A stretch of 63,145 bases of DNA, counting the filler, from Sphacelaria rigidula (Eukaryota), in the NCBI GenBank assembly GCA_964200075.2. It is 4 parts of 4 records of this genome, joined end to end, with 100 filler letters (N's around TTAATTAATTAA, not from the genome) between each part and the next. Parts side by side here need not be neighbours in the genome. Positions count along the whole stretch, not along the records: positions 47,437 to 63,145 come from CAXNAA020001631.1; 3 more parts are not named here. The stretch is one strand, 5' to 3'. The notes below the pieces were generated by a model that saw only the letters and a list, made by a program, of their open reading frames with translations, did no database searches and had not been told where the DNA came from. The number at the start of each line of letters is the position of its first letter. Position 1 is the first letter of the stretch. The translations under genes were made by a program, and so were the position numbers. Shown here one piece after another: positions 62,411 through 63,145 of the stretch.

Positions 62411-63145
62411 AATTATAGTACAACGATGGTGTATCATCCGATCCCGCAAGGGAGCTACCGTACCGTTGATCATCCGATCCCGCAACAAGCAGCAAGCAGG
62501 AAGATAACTCAAGGTGAAATAAATTGACCCAGCGTTTGAAAACCGCCTCTCTTACCAAAATCGAGCCCATCCGAAATCAGGGGAAGAGCTATCGCATGGG
62601 ACATGTCCTGTATCCCTGTGCCGCAGCACAAACACACTCATGCGCTGTCTCTTGCGCTGTAGCTGTCGCTGCGCTGTGGTGTCTGCAGGTCGTTTCGAAG
62701 ACGGCTCGGTCTCCGCCGGGACTGACTGCCCGAGTTACTGTACTTCTGTCATGGCGTTCGCTTCGAAATATAATGCTGTCGGCACGCAGCGGTCTCTAGA
62801 CACTCCGGTCAAACGAACAAGGCGCTTCCCACACCCATCATTTCTTCGCTGTGGTCGTCGTTGTGCTGTTGAGCATCTACACACTCTACGGCGATGACGG
62901 TGTGATGGTTGCTGGAGAGTGCGTGAACAGTTGTAGTGCTGCATGCTGTATTCCGGCCTGCACAGAAGTGGGGTGAGATCAAAGTGCTGCACACAGAATT
63001 GAAACGAGCACATGACGACTGTGCAGTTGTCAATCAAAAACGCAAAGATATTTCATTTTACTTTGAGTGACCCCTGTCTGTGGGAGGTGGGCCAAACATA
63101 CACGCGTCACCTAAAAACAACGACCTTGCTCATATGAAATATACT

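Overview
Eukaryotic, transposon-rich nuclear DNA, most likely from a brown alga (Phaeophyceae, Ectocarpus-like). This is inferred from an EsV-1-7 repeat gene, short exons with long introns, and tRNA-headed SINEs. The window is four contigs joined by artificial 100-nt N gaps containing TTAATTAATTAA. Only two host-type genes are supportable: an uninterrupted ORF with 13 tandem 38-aa EsV-1-7 Cys/His repeats (25047-26849), and a multi-exon GT49 (LARGE/B4GAT1-like) glycosyltransferase (exons from 49056 to about 58231, 5' end not found). The rest is a nested mosaic of decayed mobile DNA: an internally deleted chromodomain-bearing Ty3/gypsy element with both LTRs, an RTE-like LINE, further LINE, Mutator-like and Tc1-like relics, hAT-type MITEs with 8-bp TSDs, three SINE-like families and many fold-back elements. 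The most unusual structure is a ~900-bp TIR-bounded non-coding element (17710-18610) filled with a CRISPR-like array: a conserved CAATATATATTG-N6-CAATAT repeat alternating with unique ~18-19-nt spacers at a 42-43-bp period. Most ORFs in the supplied track are spurious.
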